Assembly: GCA_016180575.1 (NCBI GenBank) | Contig: JACPAY010000004.1 | Span: forward strand, 1 to 56,882 | Length of the DNA stretch: 56,882 nucleotides | Source: Candidatus Omnitrophota bacterium | GTDB taxonomy: Bacteria > Omnitrophota > Gorgyraeia > Aquiviventales > Aquiviventaceae | Direction of reading: 5' to 3' | In this document: positions 20,203 to 28,545 of the stretch, piece by piece | Layout: each line of letters begins with the position of its first letter | Position numbering within the stretch: position 1 is the stretch's first letter | The notes under the pieces: model-generated | Told to the model about the DNA's origin: nothing | What the model saw: the letters and a program-made list of their open reading frames with translations, nothing else | Databases searched by the model: none | Translations under genes and position numbers: made by a program

Positions 20203-21408
20203 ATGCGCTACGAGTTCTGGCTGGGGCTGCGGTACCTGTTCGCGAAGCGGCGCGAGCGGTTCATCTCCATCATCGCGCTGCTCTCGATCGGCGGGGTGGC
20301 GCTCGGCGTCGCGGCGCTCCTCGTGGTCATCGCGGTCATGAGCGGGTTCGACCACGACATCAAGGAGAAGCTCGTCGGGACCAACGCCCACCTCATCGTG
20401 GACACCCCGGTCGGGGTGCGGGACGCGGAGCCGCTCCTCCGGTCGGTCAGCGCCATGGACCACGTGGTCGGGGCCGCCCCCTTCATCTCCGGGCAGGCGA
20501 TCCTCCGGCTGCCCGACCAGGCCTTCGGGGTGCTGGTGCGCGGCATCGACGGGCAGCGGGAATCGCGCGTCAACCGCCTCGCGGAGTACCTCGTGGCGGG
20601 CCGCCTGCCGGCGACGGACGACGAGGTGGTCATCGGCACGGAGCTGCGGGCGCAGCTCGGGGCCTCGCTCGGGGACCCGCTGCTCCTCATCAGCCCGGCC
20701 GACGGGAGCACCCACCGGCTGACCCTCAGCGGGTTCTTCCGCTCCGGGATGTACGAGTACGACGCAAACCTCATCGCCATGACGCTGGCGCGGGCCCAGC
20801 AGTTCTACGGCCTCGGCGGCATCGTGACGGGCATCGGCGTGAAGCTGGACCGGCTCGAGCACTCGCCCGAGGCGAAGGCCGCCATCGAACGGGACCTCGG
20901 CGGGGCCTACCGCGTCAGGACGTGGATGGAGCTGAACCCCGCCCTCTTCGGGGCGCTGCGGGTGGAGAAGACGGTCATGTTCGTCATCCTCACGCTGATC
21001 ATCGTGGTCGCGGCGCTGAACATCACGTCGATGCTCATCATGATCGTGATGGAGCGAACGAAGGACATCGGGATCCTCCGGGCGCTGGGGGCGACGCGCG
21101 GCTCGATCGCCGCGCTCTTCCTGAGCCAGGGCGCCGTCATCGGCGTGCTGGGGATCGGCCTCGGCCTCCTGGGGGGCTTGGCGCTGACGTGGAACCTGAA
21201 CCGCCTCGTCACCTGGCTCGAGGAGACGATCGGGGTCTCGCTCTTTCCGCCGACGGTCTACTACCTGGACCACATCCCTACGCGGATCGATGCCGCCGAC
21301 GTGGTGACGGTCACGGCCGCCGCCTTCGCGCTGGCGGTGCTGGGCGGGACGTACGCGGCCGCGCGGGCAGCGCGCCTCTCGCCCGTCGATGCGCTCAGGT
21401 ACGAATGA
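20203..21408 (+). CDS. lolC: Lipoprotein-releasing ABC transporter permease (LolC/LolE family, FtsX fold)
   Basis: MRYEFWLGLRYLFAKRRERFISIIALLSIGGVALGVAAL is the typical LolC/E N-terminus. Periplasmic domain plus C-terminal FtsX TM bundle. Confidence 0.85.
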   Translation: MRYEFWLGLRYLFAKRRERFISIIALLSIGGVALGVAALLVVIAVMSGFDHDIKEKLVGTNAHLIVDTPVGVRDAEPLLRSVSAMDHVVGAAPFISGQAILRLPDQAFGVLVRGIDGQRESRVNRLAEYLVAGRLPATDDEVVIGTELRAQLGASLGDPLLLISPADGSTHRLTLSGFFRSGMYEYDANLIAMTLARAQQFYGLGGIVTGIGVKLDRLEHSPEAKAAIERDLGGAYRVRTWMELNPALFGALRVEKTVMFVILTLIIVVAALNITSMLIMIVMERTKDIGILRALGATRGSIAALFLSQGAVIGVLGIGLGLLGGLALTWNLNRLVTWLEETIGVSLFPPTVYYLDHIPTRIDAADVVTVTAAAFALAVLGGTYAAARAARLSPVDALRYE

Positions 21409-21413
21409 CTTGC

Positions 21414-21515
21414 GGCCGCGGGTCCTGCCGCGCCGCCACCCCGCCGGCTGTCCTCCCCCGCCATGGCGGGATGCGGGCAGGCGGCGGGGGCCCCGGCTCC
21501 GCGTCACCCGCGGCC
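21414..21515 (+). repeat. GC-rich hairpin element, copy B (archetype)
   Basis: GGCCGCGGGTCCTGCCGCGCCGCCACCCCGCCGGCTGTCCTCCCCCGCCATGGCGGGATGCGGGCAGGCGGCGGGGGCCCCGGCTCCGCGTCACCCGCGGCC, located between lolC and lolD. Confidence 0.9.
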
Positions 21516-21550
21516 CATATTCGACAGAGTCGCCTGGTACTTTTTGAGCG

Positions 21551-22225
21551 ATGATCGAGGCGCGGGACGTGCGCAAGGCGTACCAGATGGGCGGCGTGAC
21601 CCTGGAGGTGCTGAAGGGGGTCTCGCTGCGGATCGACCGGGGCGGCTTCGTGGCGATCACCGGGCCGTCGGGGGCGGGCAAGTCCACGCTGCTGCACCTC
21701 TTGGCGGCGCTGGATACGCCGACGAGCGGCACCGTGCTGTGGAACGGCCAGGCGGTGTCGAGCGTGAGCGACGCGAAGCGGGCGGCGTTCCGCAACGAGC
21801 GGCTGGGCATCGTCTTCCAGTTTTACCACCTGCTGCCCGAGCTCTCGGCGCTTGAGAACGTCGCGCTCCCGGGGTGGGTGCGCGGGTCCCGCGACGGGCG
21901 GCAGCTGCGCGAGCGCGCGGCGGAGTGCCTTGCGCAGGTCGGCCTCGGCGCGCGGCTGCGGCACCGGCCCCGGGAGCTCTCCGGGGGCGAGCAGCAGCGC
22001 GTCGCGATTGCGCGCGCGCTCGTGAACCAGCCGGAGTGGCTGCTCTGCGATGAGCCGACCGGCAACCTGGACTCGAAGACCGGCGCCGAGGTGATCGACC
22101 TGCTCGTCGGGCTGCGCCGGCGGCGGGACCTGGGCCTCGTCCTGGTCACGCACGAGGCAAAGCTGGCGGAGCTGGCCGAGCGCATCATCACCTTAGAGGA
22201 CGGACGGATCGGAGGTGCGACGTGA
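21551..22225 (+). CDS. lolD: Lipoprotein-releasing ABC transporter ATP-binding protein
   Basis: Walker A GPSGAGKST, signature LSGGEQQRVAIARAL and Walker B LLCDEPTGNLD. Adjacent to lolC. Confidence 0.85.
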   Translation: MIEARDVRKAYQMGGVTLEVLKGVSLRIDRGGFVAITGPSGAGKSTLLHLLAALDTPTSGTVLWNGQAVSSVSDAKRAAFRNERLGIVFQFYHLLPELSALENVALPGWVRGSRDGRQLRERAAECLAQVGLGARLRHRPRELSGGEQQRVAIARALVNQPEWLLCDEPTGNLDSKTGAEVIDLLVGLRRRRDLGLVLVTHEAKLAELAERIITLEDGRIGGAT

Positions 22226-23115
22226 AGATCTACCTGAACGGCACATTCGTGGACGAGGCGAAGGCGGTCGTCTCGGTGTTCGACCACGGGCTGCTCTACG
22301 GGGACGGGGTGTTCGAGGGGATCCGCTCCTATGACGGCCTGATCTTCAAGCTGCGCGAGCACATCGACCGGCTCTTCGAGTCGGCGCACACCATCATGCT
22401 CCCGATTCCCCTGAGCCGGGAGGAGCTCATCGAGGTGGTCAAGCAGTGCCTCCGGCTCAACAGGCTCAGAGACGCCTACATCCGCCTCGTGGTGACCCGG
22501 GGGGAGGGAGACCTGGGCCTGGACCCGCGCAAGTGCCTCAACCCGACGGTGTTCGCCATCGCGGACAAGATTGAGCTCTACCCGAAGAAGCTCTACGAGC
22601 AGGGCCTGAGCCTGATCACGGTGGCGACGCAGCGCAACGTCCCCGAGGCGCTGAACCCCCAGATCAAGTCGCTCAACTACCTCAACAACATCCTCGCGAA
22701 GATCGAGGCGATCAACGCCGGCTACGAGGAGGCGATCATGCTCTCGCACTCCGGGTACGTGACCGAGTGCACCGGCGAGAACCTGTTCATCGTGAAGGGG
22801 AAACAGCTCCTCACGCCGCCGCCGTACGTCGGGGTCCTGCGCGGCATCACCCGGCAGACCGTCATGGAGCTGGCCCGCCTCCACCACACCAAAGGTGCCG
22901 GGAGGGGGGCGGGCCTGGAGGCGCGGGAGGAGCTGCTGACCCGCCACGACCTGTTCAACGCCGAGGAGGTGTTCCTGACCGGCACCGCCGCGGAGATCGT
23001 GCCGGTGGTGAAGATCGACGGCCGCGTCATCGGCAACGGCAAGCCCGGTCCGGCGACGAAGCGGCTCCAGCAGGGCTTCCGCCGCCTCACCAAAACCGCC
23101 GGCATCCGCTACTGA
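22222..23115 (+). CDS. ilvE: Branched-chain amino acid aminotransferase (class IV fold)
   Basis: VSVFDHGLLYGDGVFEGIR...YIRLVVTRG...NYLNNILAK...FLTGTAAEIVPV motifs. GTGA overlap with lolD. Confidence 0.85.
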   Translation: MKIYLNGTFVDEAKAVVSVFDHGLLYGDGVFEGIRSYDGLIFKLREHIDRLFESAHTIMLPIPLSREELIEVVKQCLRLNRLRDAYIRLVVTRGEGDLGLDPRKCLNPTVFAIADKIELYPKKLYEQGLSLITVATQRNVPEALNPQIKSLNYLNNILAKIEAINAGYEEAIMLSHSGYVTECTGENLFIVKGKQLLTPPPYVGVLRGITRQTVMELARLHHTKGAGRGAGLEAREELLTRHDLFNAEEVFLTGTAAEIVPVVKIDGRVIGNGKPGPATKRLQQGFRRLTKTAGIRY

Positions 23116-23126
23116 ACGCGCAGGTG

Positions 23127-23152
23127 GAAAATAGGAACCGGTCCCATTTTTC
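23127..23152. repeat. Short hairpin of the ...AAAATAGG / CCCATTTT... type
   Basis: GAAAATAGG-AACCGGT-CCCATTTTTC, 12 nt after the ilvE stop. CCCATTTTTC recurs at 23279-23288. Confidence 0.6.
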
Positions 23153-23158
23153 GGTCGT

Positions 23159-23274
23159 GTCTCAATTTGGTGGGTGACGCGGAGCCGGGGACCCCGCCGC
23201 CTGCCCGCATCCCGCCATGGCGGGGGAGGACATCCGGCGGGGTGGCGGCGCGGCAGGCCCCGCCAAATTGAGAC
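23159..23274 (-). repeat. GC-rich hairpin element, copy C (basal stem replaced)
   Basis: Reverse complement matches copy B through the core. The terminal stem is GTCTCAATTTGG / CCAAATTGAGAC instead of GGCCGCGGG / CCCGCGGCC. Confidence 0.9.
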
Positions 23275-23306
23275 AGCACCCATTTTTCCGCCGTCTAGGC
23301 GAGCGG

Positions 23307-23323
23307 GGCCAAACCTGGTAAAC
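23307..23323 (+). promoter_or_regulatory. Possible CtsR-like operator (tandem heptads)
   Basis: GGCCAAA-CCT-GGTAAAC, 21 nt upstream of the mcsA ATG. Resembles the RGTCAAA-NAN-RGTCAAA CtsR box with 3 mismatches. No ctsR gene in the window. Confidence 0.25.
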
Positions 23324-23344
23324 TAGTACCTTGAGGAACATCCG

Positions 23345-23866
23345 ATGCTGTGCGAGGTGTGCAAGCAAACCCAGGCGACGGTGCATCTGACCGAGATCGT
23401 CAACGATCAGATGACCGAGTTGCACCTGTGCGAGGTGTGCGCCAACCAGAAGGGCACCCAGGTGGAGAGCCACTTCGGGCTGGCCGACCTGCTCTCGGGC
23501 CTCTCCGACTACGGCAAGGCCCAGGAGCCGGAGGAGATCTCCACCAAGGCCTGCCCCAGCTGCGGGATGACCTACGACGACTTCCGCAAGGTGGGGCGGC
23601 TCGGCTGCGGCGAGTGCTACACGACCTTCAAGCGCAGCCTGGGCAGCCTGCTCAAGCGCATCCACGGCTCGCCGCTGCACCTGGGGAAGTCCCCCCTGCG
23701 GCTGCTCAAGGCCGCGAAGGGCTCCAAGGTGGAGCTCCTGGAGCTCAAGCGGAAGCTGGAGCGCGCCATCGATGACGAGGCGTTCGAGGAGGCGGCCCGC
23801 CTGCGCGACCAGGTCCGCCGCCTGGAGCAGCAGGAGCAGGCCAAGCCCAAACCTAAGAGCTCCTAA
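23345..23866 (+). CDS. mcsA: McsA-like zinc-finger / UVR-motif protein (arginine kinase activator)
   Basis: CEVC...CEVC and CPSCG...CGECY cysteine pairs plus the UVR motif AFEEAARLRDQVRRLE. The last two codons and the stop lie in the MITE terminal repeat. Confidence 0.8.
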   Translation: MLCEVCKQTQATVHLTEIVNDQMTELHLCEVCANQKGTQVESHFGLADLLSGLSDYGKAQEPEEISTKACPSCGMTYDDFRKVGRLGCGECYTTFKRSLGSLLKRIHGSPLHLGKSPLRLLKAAKGSKVELLELKRKLERAIDDEAFEEAARLRDQVRRLEQQEQAKPKPKSS

Positions 23867-24139
23867 CAGCATACCCCGCGACCGCGCTGGGCCGAGCGGC
23901 GAGGCCCGCAAGGCGCGAGGAGTGCCGCGTACTGGACCCCAGTACGCAAACGACGAGCAACGCCGCGAGCCGACGCCGATCGGCCCAGCCCATCGGGGGG
24001 CAATAGGTTGCGGCGGCCGGACCCGTGGCCGTCGTTGCTCCTCCTCGGCGTAGTGCGGCGACTACGCCGTCGTCGTCGCGCCTCGGCCACGGGGCCCGGG
24101 CGCGCGCAACGCGGTTCGCGCGGTATACTGTTAGGAGCT
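23858..24139. mobile_element. MITE-like non-autonomous element (282 bp, ~30-bp imperfect TIRs, 5-bp flanking direct repeat CTAAG)
   Basis: Left end is AGCTCCTAACAGCATACCCCGCGACCGCG. The reverse complement of the right end is AGCTCCTAACAGTATACCGCGCGAACCGCG. CTAAG at 23853-23857 and 24140-24144. Interior is full of sub-hairpins and has no credible ORF. Confidence 0.75.
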
Positions 24140-24149
24140 CTAAGGCAGG

Positions 24150-25223
24150 GTGACGATGGCTGAGGCGTTGGACGCATTGCTCAAACAGCCCAGCGAGTGG
24201 CTGCGGGGCGTCGGCCCGGTGTCGGACATCGTGATGTCCAGCCGGATCCGCCTGGCCCGCAACCTGGACAAGTTCCCCTTCGCCACCCGGGCGACCAAGG
24301 CCACGCAGGCCGAGGTGCTGAAGCTCGTCCGGGAGACGCTGGGCCAGACCGTCACGCTCAAGCGCTCGCTCTTCCTCGAGATGGGGAGCTTAAGCGAAGT
24401 GGACCGCCAGTTCCTCGTGGAGCGCCACCTGGTCAGCCGGGAGCACATCGTGCATCCGGACCACAAGGGGGTGGCCATCGGGGAGGGCGAGGTCGTCAGC
24501 GTCATGGTCAATGAGGAGGACCACCTGCGCATCCAGGTCATGCAGTCCGGGTTGAACCTGAGGGACGCCTGGGCGCTCATTGACGGGCTGGATGACGAGC
24601 TCTCCGAGCAGCTCCCGTACGCCTACTCGAGCGACTGGGGCTACCTCACCTGCTGCCCCACGAACACCGGGACGGGGATGCGCGCCTCCGTGATGGCGCA
24701 CCTGCCCTCGCTCGTGCTGACGAAGCAGATCAACAAGGTGCTCCACACCATCACGAAGCTGGGGCTGACGGCGCGCGGGCTCTACGGCGAAGGGACCGAG
24801 GCCTCCGGGAACTTCTTCCAGATCTCGAACCAGGTGTCGCTCGGGCGCTCGGAGGAGGAGATCCTCGAGAACCTCGACCGGATCCTGAAGGAAGTAATCC
24901 ACCAGGAGCAGGCGGCCCGCGAGTCGCTGATGACGGGCAACCGCACGCAGCTCGAGGACCGCATCTGGCGCGCCTACGGGATCCTCAAGCACGCCAAGAC
25001 GATGAGCTCAAGCGAGGCGCTGGACCTGCTCTCGGCGGTCCGGCTGGGGGTGGACCTGGGGCTGATGAACGGGCTCACCCGCAAGGCGGTCAACGAGCTC
25101 TTCATCTTCTCGCAGCCGGCCCACCTGCAGAAGCTGGAAGGGAAGACCTTGACGGCGAAGGAGCGCGACACGAAGCGCGCCTATCTCATCCGCGATCGAT
25201 TAGGGGGGCAAGCGAATGTTTAA
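24150..25223 (+). CDS. mcsB: Protein arginine kinase McsB (ATP:guanido phosphotransferase)
   Basis: Guanido kinase motifs NEEDHLRIQ and CPTNTGTGMRASV. GTG 24150 or ATG 24156. Confidence 0.9.
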   Translation: MTMAEALDALLKQPSEWLRGVGPVSDIVMSSRIRLARNLDKFPFATRATKATQAEVLKLVRETLGQTVTLKRSLFLEMGSLSEVDRQFLVERHLVSREHIVHPDHKGVAIGEGEVVSVMVNEEDHLRIQVMQSGLNLRDAWALIDGLDDELSEQLPYAYSSDWGYLTCCPTNTGTGMRASVMAHLPSLVLTKQINKVLHTITKLGLTARGLYGEGTEASGNFFQISNQVSLGRSEEEILENLDRILKEVIHQEQAARESLMTGNRTQLEDRIWRAYGILKHAKTMSSSEALDLLSAVRLGVDLGLMNGLTRKAVNELFIFSQPAHLQKLEGKTLTAKERDTKRAYLIRDRLGGQANV

Positions 25224-27660
25224 CAAGTTCACGGAACGCGCGCGCAAGGTGATCCTCCTCGCGAAGGAGGAGGCCAAGCGGTTCAACCACGACTACATCG
25301 GCACCGAGCACATCCTCCTCGGCCTCATCCGCGAGGGCGAGGGGGTGGCCGCGGCCGTCCTGCAGAAGCTCGGCCTCTCGCCCGAGAAGATCCGCCTGGA
25401 GGTGGAGAAGCTCGTCCAGAGCGGGCCGAGCACGATGGTCTCGGGCGACATCCCCTTCACGCCGAAGGCGAAGAAGGTCATCGAGCTCGCGATGGAGGAG
25501 GCCCGCAGCCTCGGCCACAACTACATCGGCACCGAGCACCTGCTGCTCGGCCTCATCCGCGAGGGCGAGGGCGTGGCCTCGCAGGTCCTCATGAACCTCG
25601 GCCTCGACCTGAACCGGGTGCGCAACGAGGTCATCACGCTGCTCGGCTCCTCAAGCCCCGCGCCGGCGACCGGCGGCGGCGCGCGGACCAAGACCCCGGC
25701 GCTGGACGCGTTCGGCCGCGACCTCACGCAGCTTGCGCGCGAGGGGAAGCTCGACCCGGTCATCGGCCGCAAGGAGGAGATCGAGCGGGTCATCCAGATC
25801 CTGGCGCGGCGCACGAAGAACAACCCCGTCCTGCTCGGCGAGGCGGGGGTGGGGAAGACCGCGATCGTCGAGGGGCTGGCCCAGAAGGTCATCAAGAACG
25901 ACATCCCGGAGATCCTGCGGGACAAGCGGGTCGTCATCCTGGACCTGGCGCTGATGGTGGCGGGCACCAAGTACCGCGGCCAGTTCGAGGAGCGCATCAA
26001 GGCGGTGATGGACGAGATCCGCCGCAACGAGAACGTCATCCTCTTCATCGACGAGATCCACACCCTCGTCGGCGCCGGGTCCGCGGAGGGGGCGATCGAC
26101 GCCTCCAACATCCTGAAGCCCGCGCTCTCGCGCGGCGAGATCCAGTGCATCGGCGCGACCACCCTGGATGAGTACCGCAAGTACATCGAGAAGGACGCGG
26201 CGCTTGAGCGGCGCTTCCAGACCATCGTCGTGGAGCCGCCGTCGGTGAACGAGACCATCGAGATCCTCAAGGGGCTGCGCGACAAGTACGAGGCGCACCA
26301 CCGCGTCAAGTACCTCGACGAGGCGCTGGAGATGGCCGCGAAGCTCTCCGACCGCTACATCGCGGGCCGGTTCCTCCCCGACAAGGCGATCGACCTCATC
26401 GACGAGGCCGGCTCGCGGGCGCGCCTCTCCGTCCTGACGGTGCCGCCGGAAGTCAAGGAGCTCGAGGACAAGATCGAGTCCATCCGGAAGGAGAAGGAGT
26501 CGGCGATCAAGGGACAGGACTTCGAGCTGGCCGCCTCGCTCCGGGACCAGGAGCGGGAGTCGCGGGAGCAGCTCGAGAAGGTCAAGGGCGAGTGGAAGAA
26601 GACGAAGGGCGAGTCAATGCCGGTGATCACCGGGGAGGACATCGCGGTGATCACCTCGAAGTGGACCGGCATCCCGCTCATTCGCCTCGAGCAGAAAGAG
26701 ACCGAGCGGCTCCTCAAGATGGAGGAGGCGCTGCACAAGCGGATCATCGGCCAGGAAGAGGCGCTCACCGCCATCGCGCGGGCGGTGCGCCGCTCGCGCG
26801 CCGGCATCAAGGACCCCCGGCGGCCCATCGGCTCCTTCATCTTCCTCGGGCCCACCGGCGTGGGGAAGACGCTGCTCGCGCGCGGGTTGGCCGAGTTCAT
26901 GTTCGGGGACGAGGACGCCCTCGTGCAGCTCGACATGTCGGAGTACATGGAGAAGTTCAACGTCTCGCGCCTTGTCGGCGCGCCGCCGGGCTACGTCGGC
27001 TACGAGGAGGGCGGCCAGCTCACCGAGCGCATCCGCCGCCGGCCCTACTCGGTGGTGCTGCTCGATGAGATCGAGAAGGCGCACCCCGACGTGTTCAACA
27101 TCCTGCTCCAGATGCTCGAGGACGGCCGGTTGACGGACAGCTTCGGCCGGAAGGTGGACTTCCGCAACACCGTTCTGATCATGACCTCGAACCTGGGCGC
27201 CGAGCTGCTCAAGAAGCAGGGCAGCATCGGGTTCGCCTCCACCAAGGAGGAGGTGACCTTCGAGAAGATGAAGGCCCAGCTCTTCGACGAGGTCAAGCGG
27301 ACCTTCAAGCCCGAGTTCCTCAACCGGATCGATGAGGTCATCGTCTTCCACCCGCTCTCCTCGGAGGACCTCGTGAAGATCGTGGAGCTTGAGATCGGCA
27401 TGGTGAAGGAGCGGCTCCGCGAGCAGGGGATCCAGGTGGAGGTGGACGCCTCCGCCAAGGCGCTCCTGGTGGAGAAGGGCTTCGACCCGGTCTACGGCGC
27501 CCGGCCGCTCAAGCGGGTGATCCAGCGGCTCCTGGAGGATCCGCTGGCTGAGGCGGTGATCGCCAAGCGCGTGAAGCCCGGCGTGGTCCTCCGCGCCGTC
27601 CGCAAGGGCGAGGCGCTGGACTTCGAAGAGCAGGTGGCGGCGGAACGGCCAGCCGCATGA
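25216..27660 (+). CDS. clpC: ATP-dependent Clp protease ATP-binding subunit ClpC
   Basis: Duplicated Clp-N repeats, two AAA+ modules ([17 protein letters not shown]) and a UVR linker ([11 protein letters not shown]). Confidence 0.95.
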   Translation: MFNKFTERARKVILLAKEEAKRFNHDYIGTEHILLGLIREGEGVAAAVLQKLGLSPEKIRLEVEKLVQSGPSTMVSGDIPFTPKAKKVIELAMEEARSLGHNYIGTEHLLLGLIREGEGVASQVLMNLGLDLNRVRNEVITLLGSSSPAPATGGGARTKTPALDAFGRDLTQLAREGKLDPVIGRKEEIERVIQILARRTKNNPVLLGEAGVGKTAIVEGLAQKVIKNDIPEILRDKRVVILDLALMVAGTKYRGQFEERIKAVMDEIRRNENVILFIDEIHTLVGAGSAEGAIDASNILKPALSRGEIQCIGATTLDEYRKYIEKDAALERRFQTIVVEPPSVNETIEILKGLRDKYEAHHRVKYLDEALEMAAKLSDRYIAGRFLPDKAIDLIDEAGSRARLSVLTVPPEVKELEDKIESIRKEKESAIKGQDFELAASLRDQERESREQLEKVKGEWKKTKGESMPVITGEDIAVITSKWTGIPLIRLEQKETERLLKMEEALHKRIIGQEEALTAIARAVRRSRAGIKDPRRPIGSFIFLGPTGVGKTLLARGLAEFMFGDEDALVQLDMSEYMEKFNVSRLVGAPPGYVGYEEGGQLTERIRRRPYSVVLLDEIEKAHPDVFNILLQMLEDGRLTDSFGRKVDFRNTVLIMTSNLGAELLKKQGSIGFASTKEEVTFEKMKAQLFDEVKRTFKPEFLNRIDEVIVFHPLSSEDLVKIVELEIGMVKERLREQGIQVEVDASAKALLVEKGFDPVYGARPLKRVIQRLLEDPLAEAVIAKRVKPGVVLRAVRKGEALDFEEQVAAERPAA

Positions 27661-28463
27661 TCGCGCGCCTCAACCTCACCTTCCTCCAGGCCACCGTGGC
27701 GGCCGGCGCGTGGATGGTGGACCTCTTCGCCTACACCGGCGGCCTGTGCCTGCTCCTCGCCAAGACGGTGCGCGGCGCCTTCGCGCGCCCCCTCCGCGCC
27801 CAGGCGGTGGTCTACGAGCTCTGGAAGGTCGGGGTCAAGTCGTGGTTCATCGTCGCCCTCTCCTCGCTCTTCATCGGGATGGTCCTCGCGTTCCAGAGCG
27901 CCTACCAGATGCAGAAGCTGGCCGCGGAGATCTACATCGCGGGCCTGGTGGCGCTCTCGCTCGTGCGCGAGATCGGGCCGGTCATCACGGCGCTCATCGT
28001 CGCCGGGCGGGTGGGCTCGGCGATCGCGGCGGAGCTGGGCACCATGAAGGTCACCGAGCAGATCGACGCGCTCGTGACCCTCGCCGCCGACCCGGTCCGC
28101 TACCTCGTCGTGCCGCGCTTCATCGCGATGGTGGTGGCCGTGCCGCTCCTGACGCTCTGGTCGGACGTGGTGGGGATCCTGGGCGGGTTCCTCGTCGGGA
28201 CCTTGAAGCTGGGCATCCAGCCCAGCCTGTACTGGAAGATGACGACGCTCCCCCTCATGCTCAAGGACCTCTCCTCCGGGCTGCTCAAGGCGTTCGTTTT
28301 CGGCATCATCATCTGCGTCGTGAGCTGCTTCGAGGGGTTCAGGACGGAGGGCGGGGCGGAAGGGGTCGGGCGCTCCACGACGGTGGCGGTCGTCGTCTCC
28401 TTCATCCTCATCATCGCGGCGGACATGCTCTGCACGGCGGTGTTCTACTTCGTCTGGCGATGA
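27657..28463 (+). CDS. mlaE: Phospholipid ABC transporter permease MlaE
   Basis: VREIGPVITALIVAGRVGSAIAAELGTMKVTEQIDAL is the MlaE signature. ATGA overlap with clpC. Confidence 0.85.
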   Translation: MIARLNLTFLQATVAAGAWMVDLFAYTGGLCLLLAKTVRGAFARPLRAQAVVYELWKVGVKSWFIVALSSLFIGMVLAFQSAYQMQKLAAEIYIAGLVALSLVREIGPVITALIVAGRVGSAIAAELGTMKVTEQIDALVTLAADPVRYLVVPRFIAMVVAVPLLTLWSDVVGILGGFLVGTLKLGIQPSLYWKMTTLPLMLKDLSSGLLKAFVFGIIICVVSCFEGFRTEGGAEGVGRSTTVAVVVSFILIIAADMLCTAVFYFVWR

Positions 28464-28467
28464 CCCC

Positions 28468-28536
28468 GTGCCGACGTGCCGACGTGCCGACGTGCAGGCG
28501 TTCACACCGGCACACCGGCACACCGGCACACCGGTA
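28468..28536. repeat. Octamer-tandem hairpin
   Basis: (GTGCCGAC)x3 then GTGC, a 9-nt loop, then (CACCGGCA)x3 and CACCGGTA. The arms pair as 6-bp blocks separated by 2-nt mismatches. Lies between mlaE and mlaF. Confidence 0.85.
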
Positions 28537-28545
28537 CGAATCGTG

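Noticed and set aside
19461-20226. Integron gene cassette or integrase-mediated island.
   Set aside because: I could not recognise an attC-like imperfect palindrome with GTTRRRY ends. There is no intI or tyrosine recombinase in the window. It is kept as a finding, but not called an integron cassette.
23143-23288. CCCATTTTTC at 23143-23152 and 23279-23288 as a target-site duplication for GC-rich element copy C.
   Set aside because: The two copies are not directly adjacent to the element's terminal inverted repeats; 3-6 extra nt intervene on each side. The motif also belongs to the separate ...CATTTTT hairpin family, so the duplication may be coincidental.
23858-24139. Retron msr/msd or another reverse-transcriptase-associated ncRNA, suggested by the long flanking inverted repeats.
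   Set aside because: No reverse transcriptase or other non-housekeeping gene is adjacent. The flanking 5-bp direct repeat and the clean restoration of the mcsA/mcsB overlap fit a transposon-derived insertion better.
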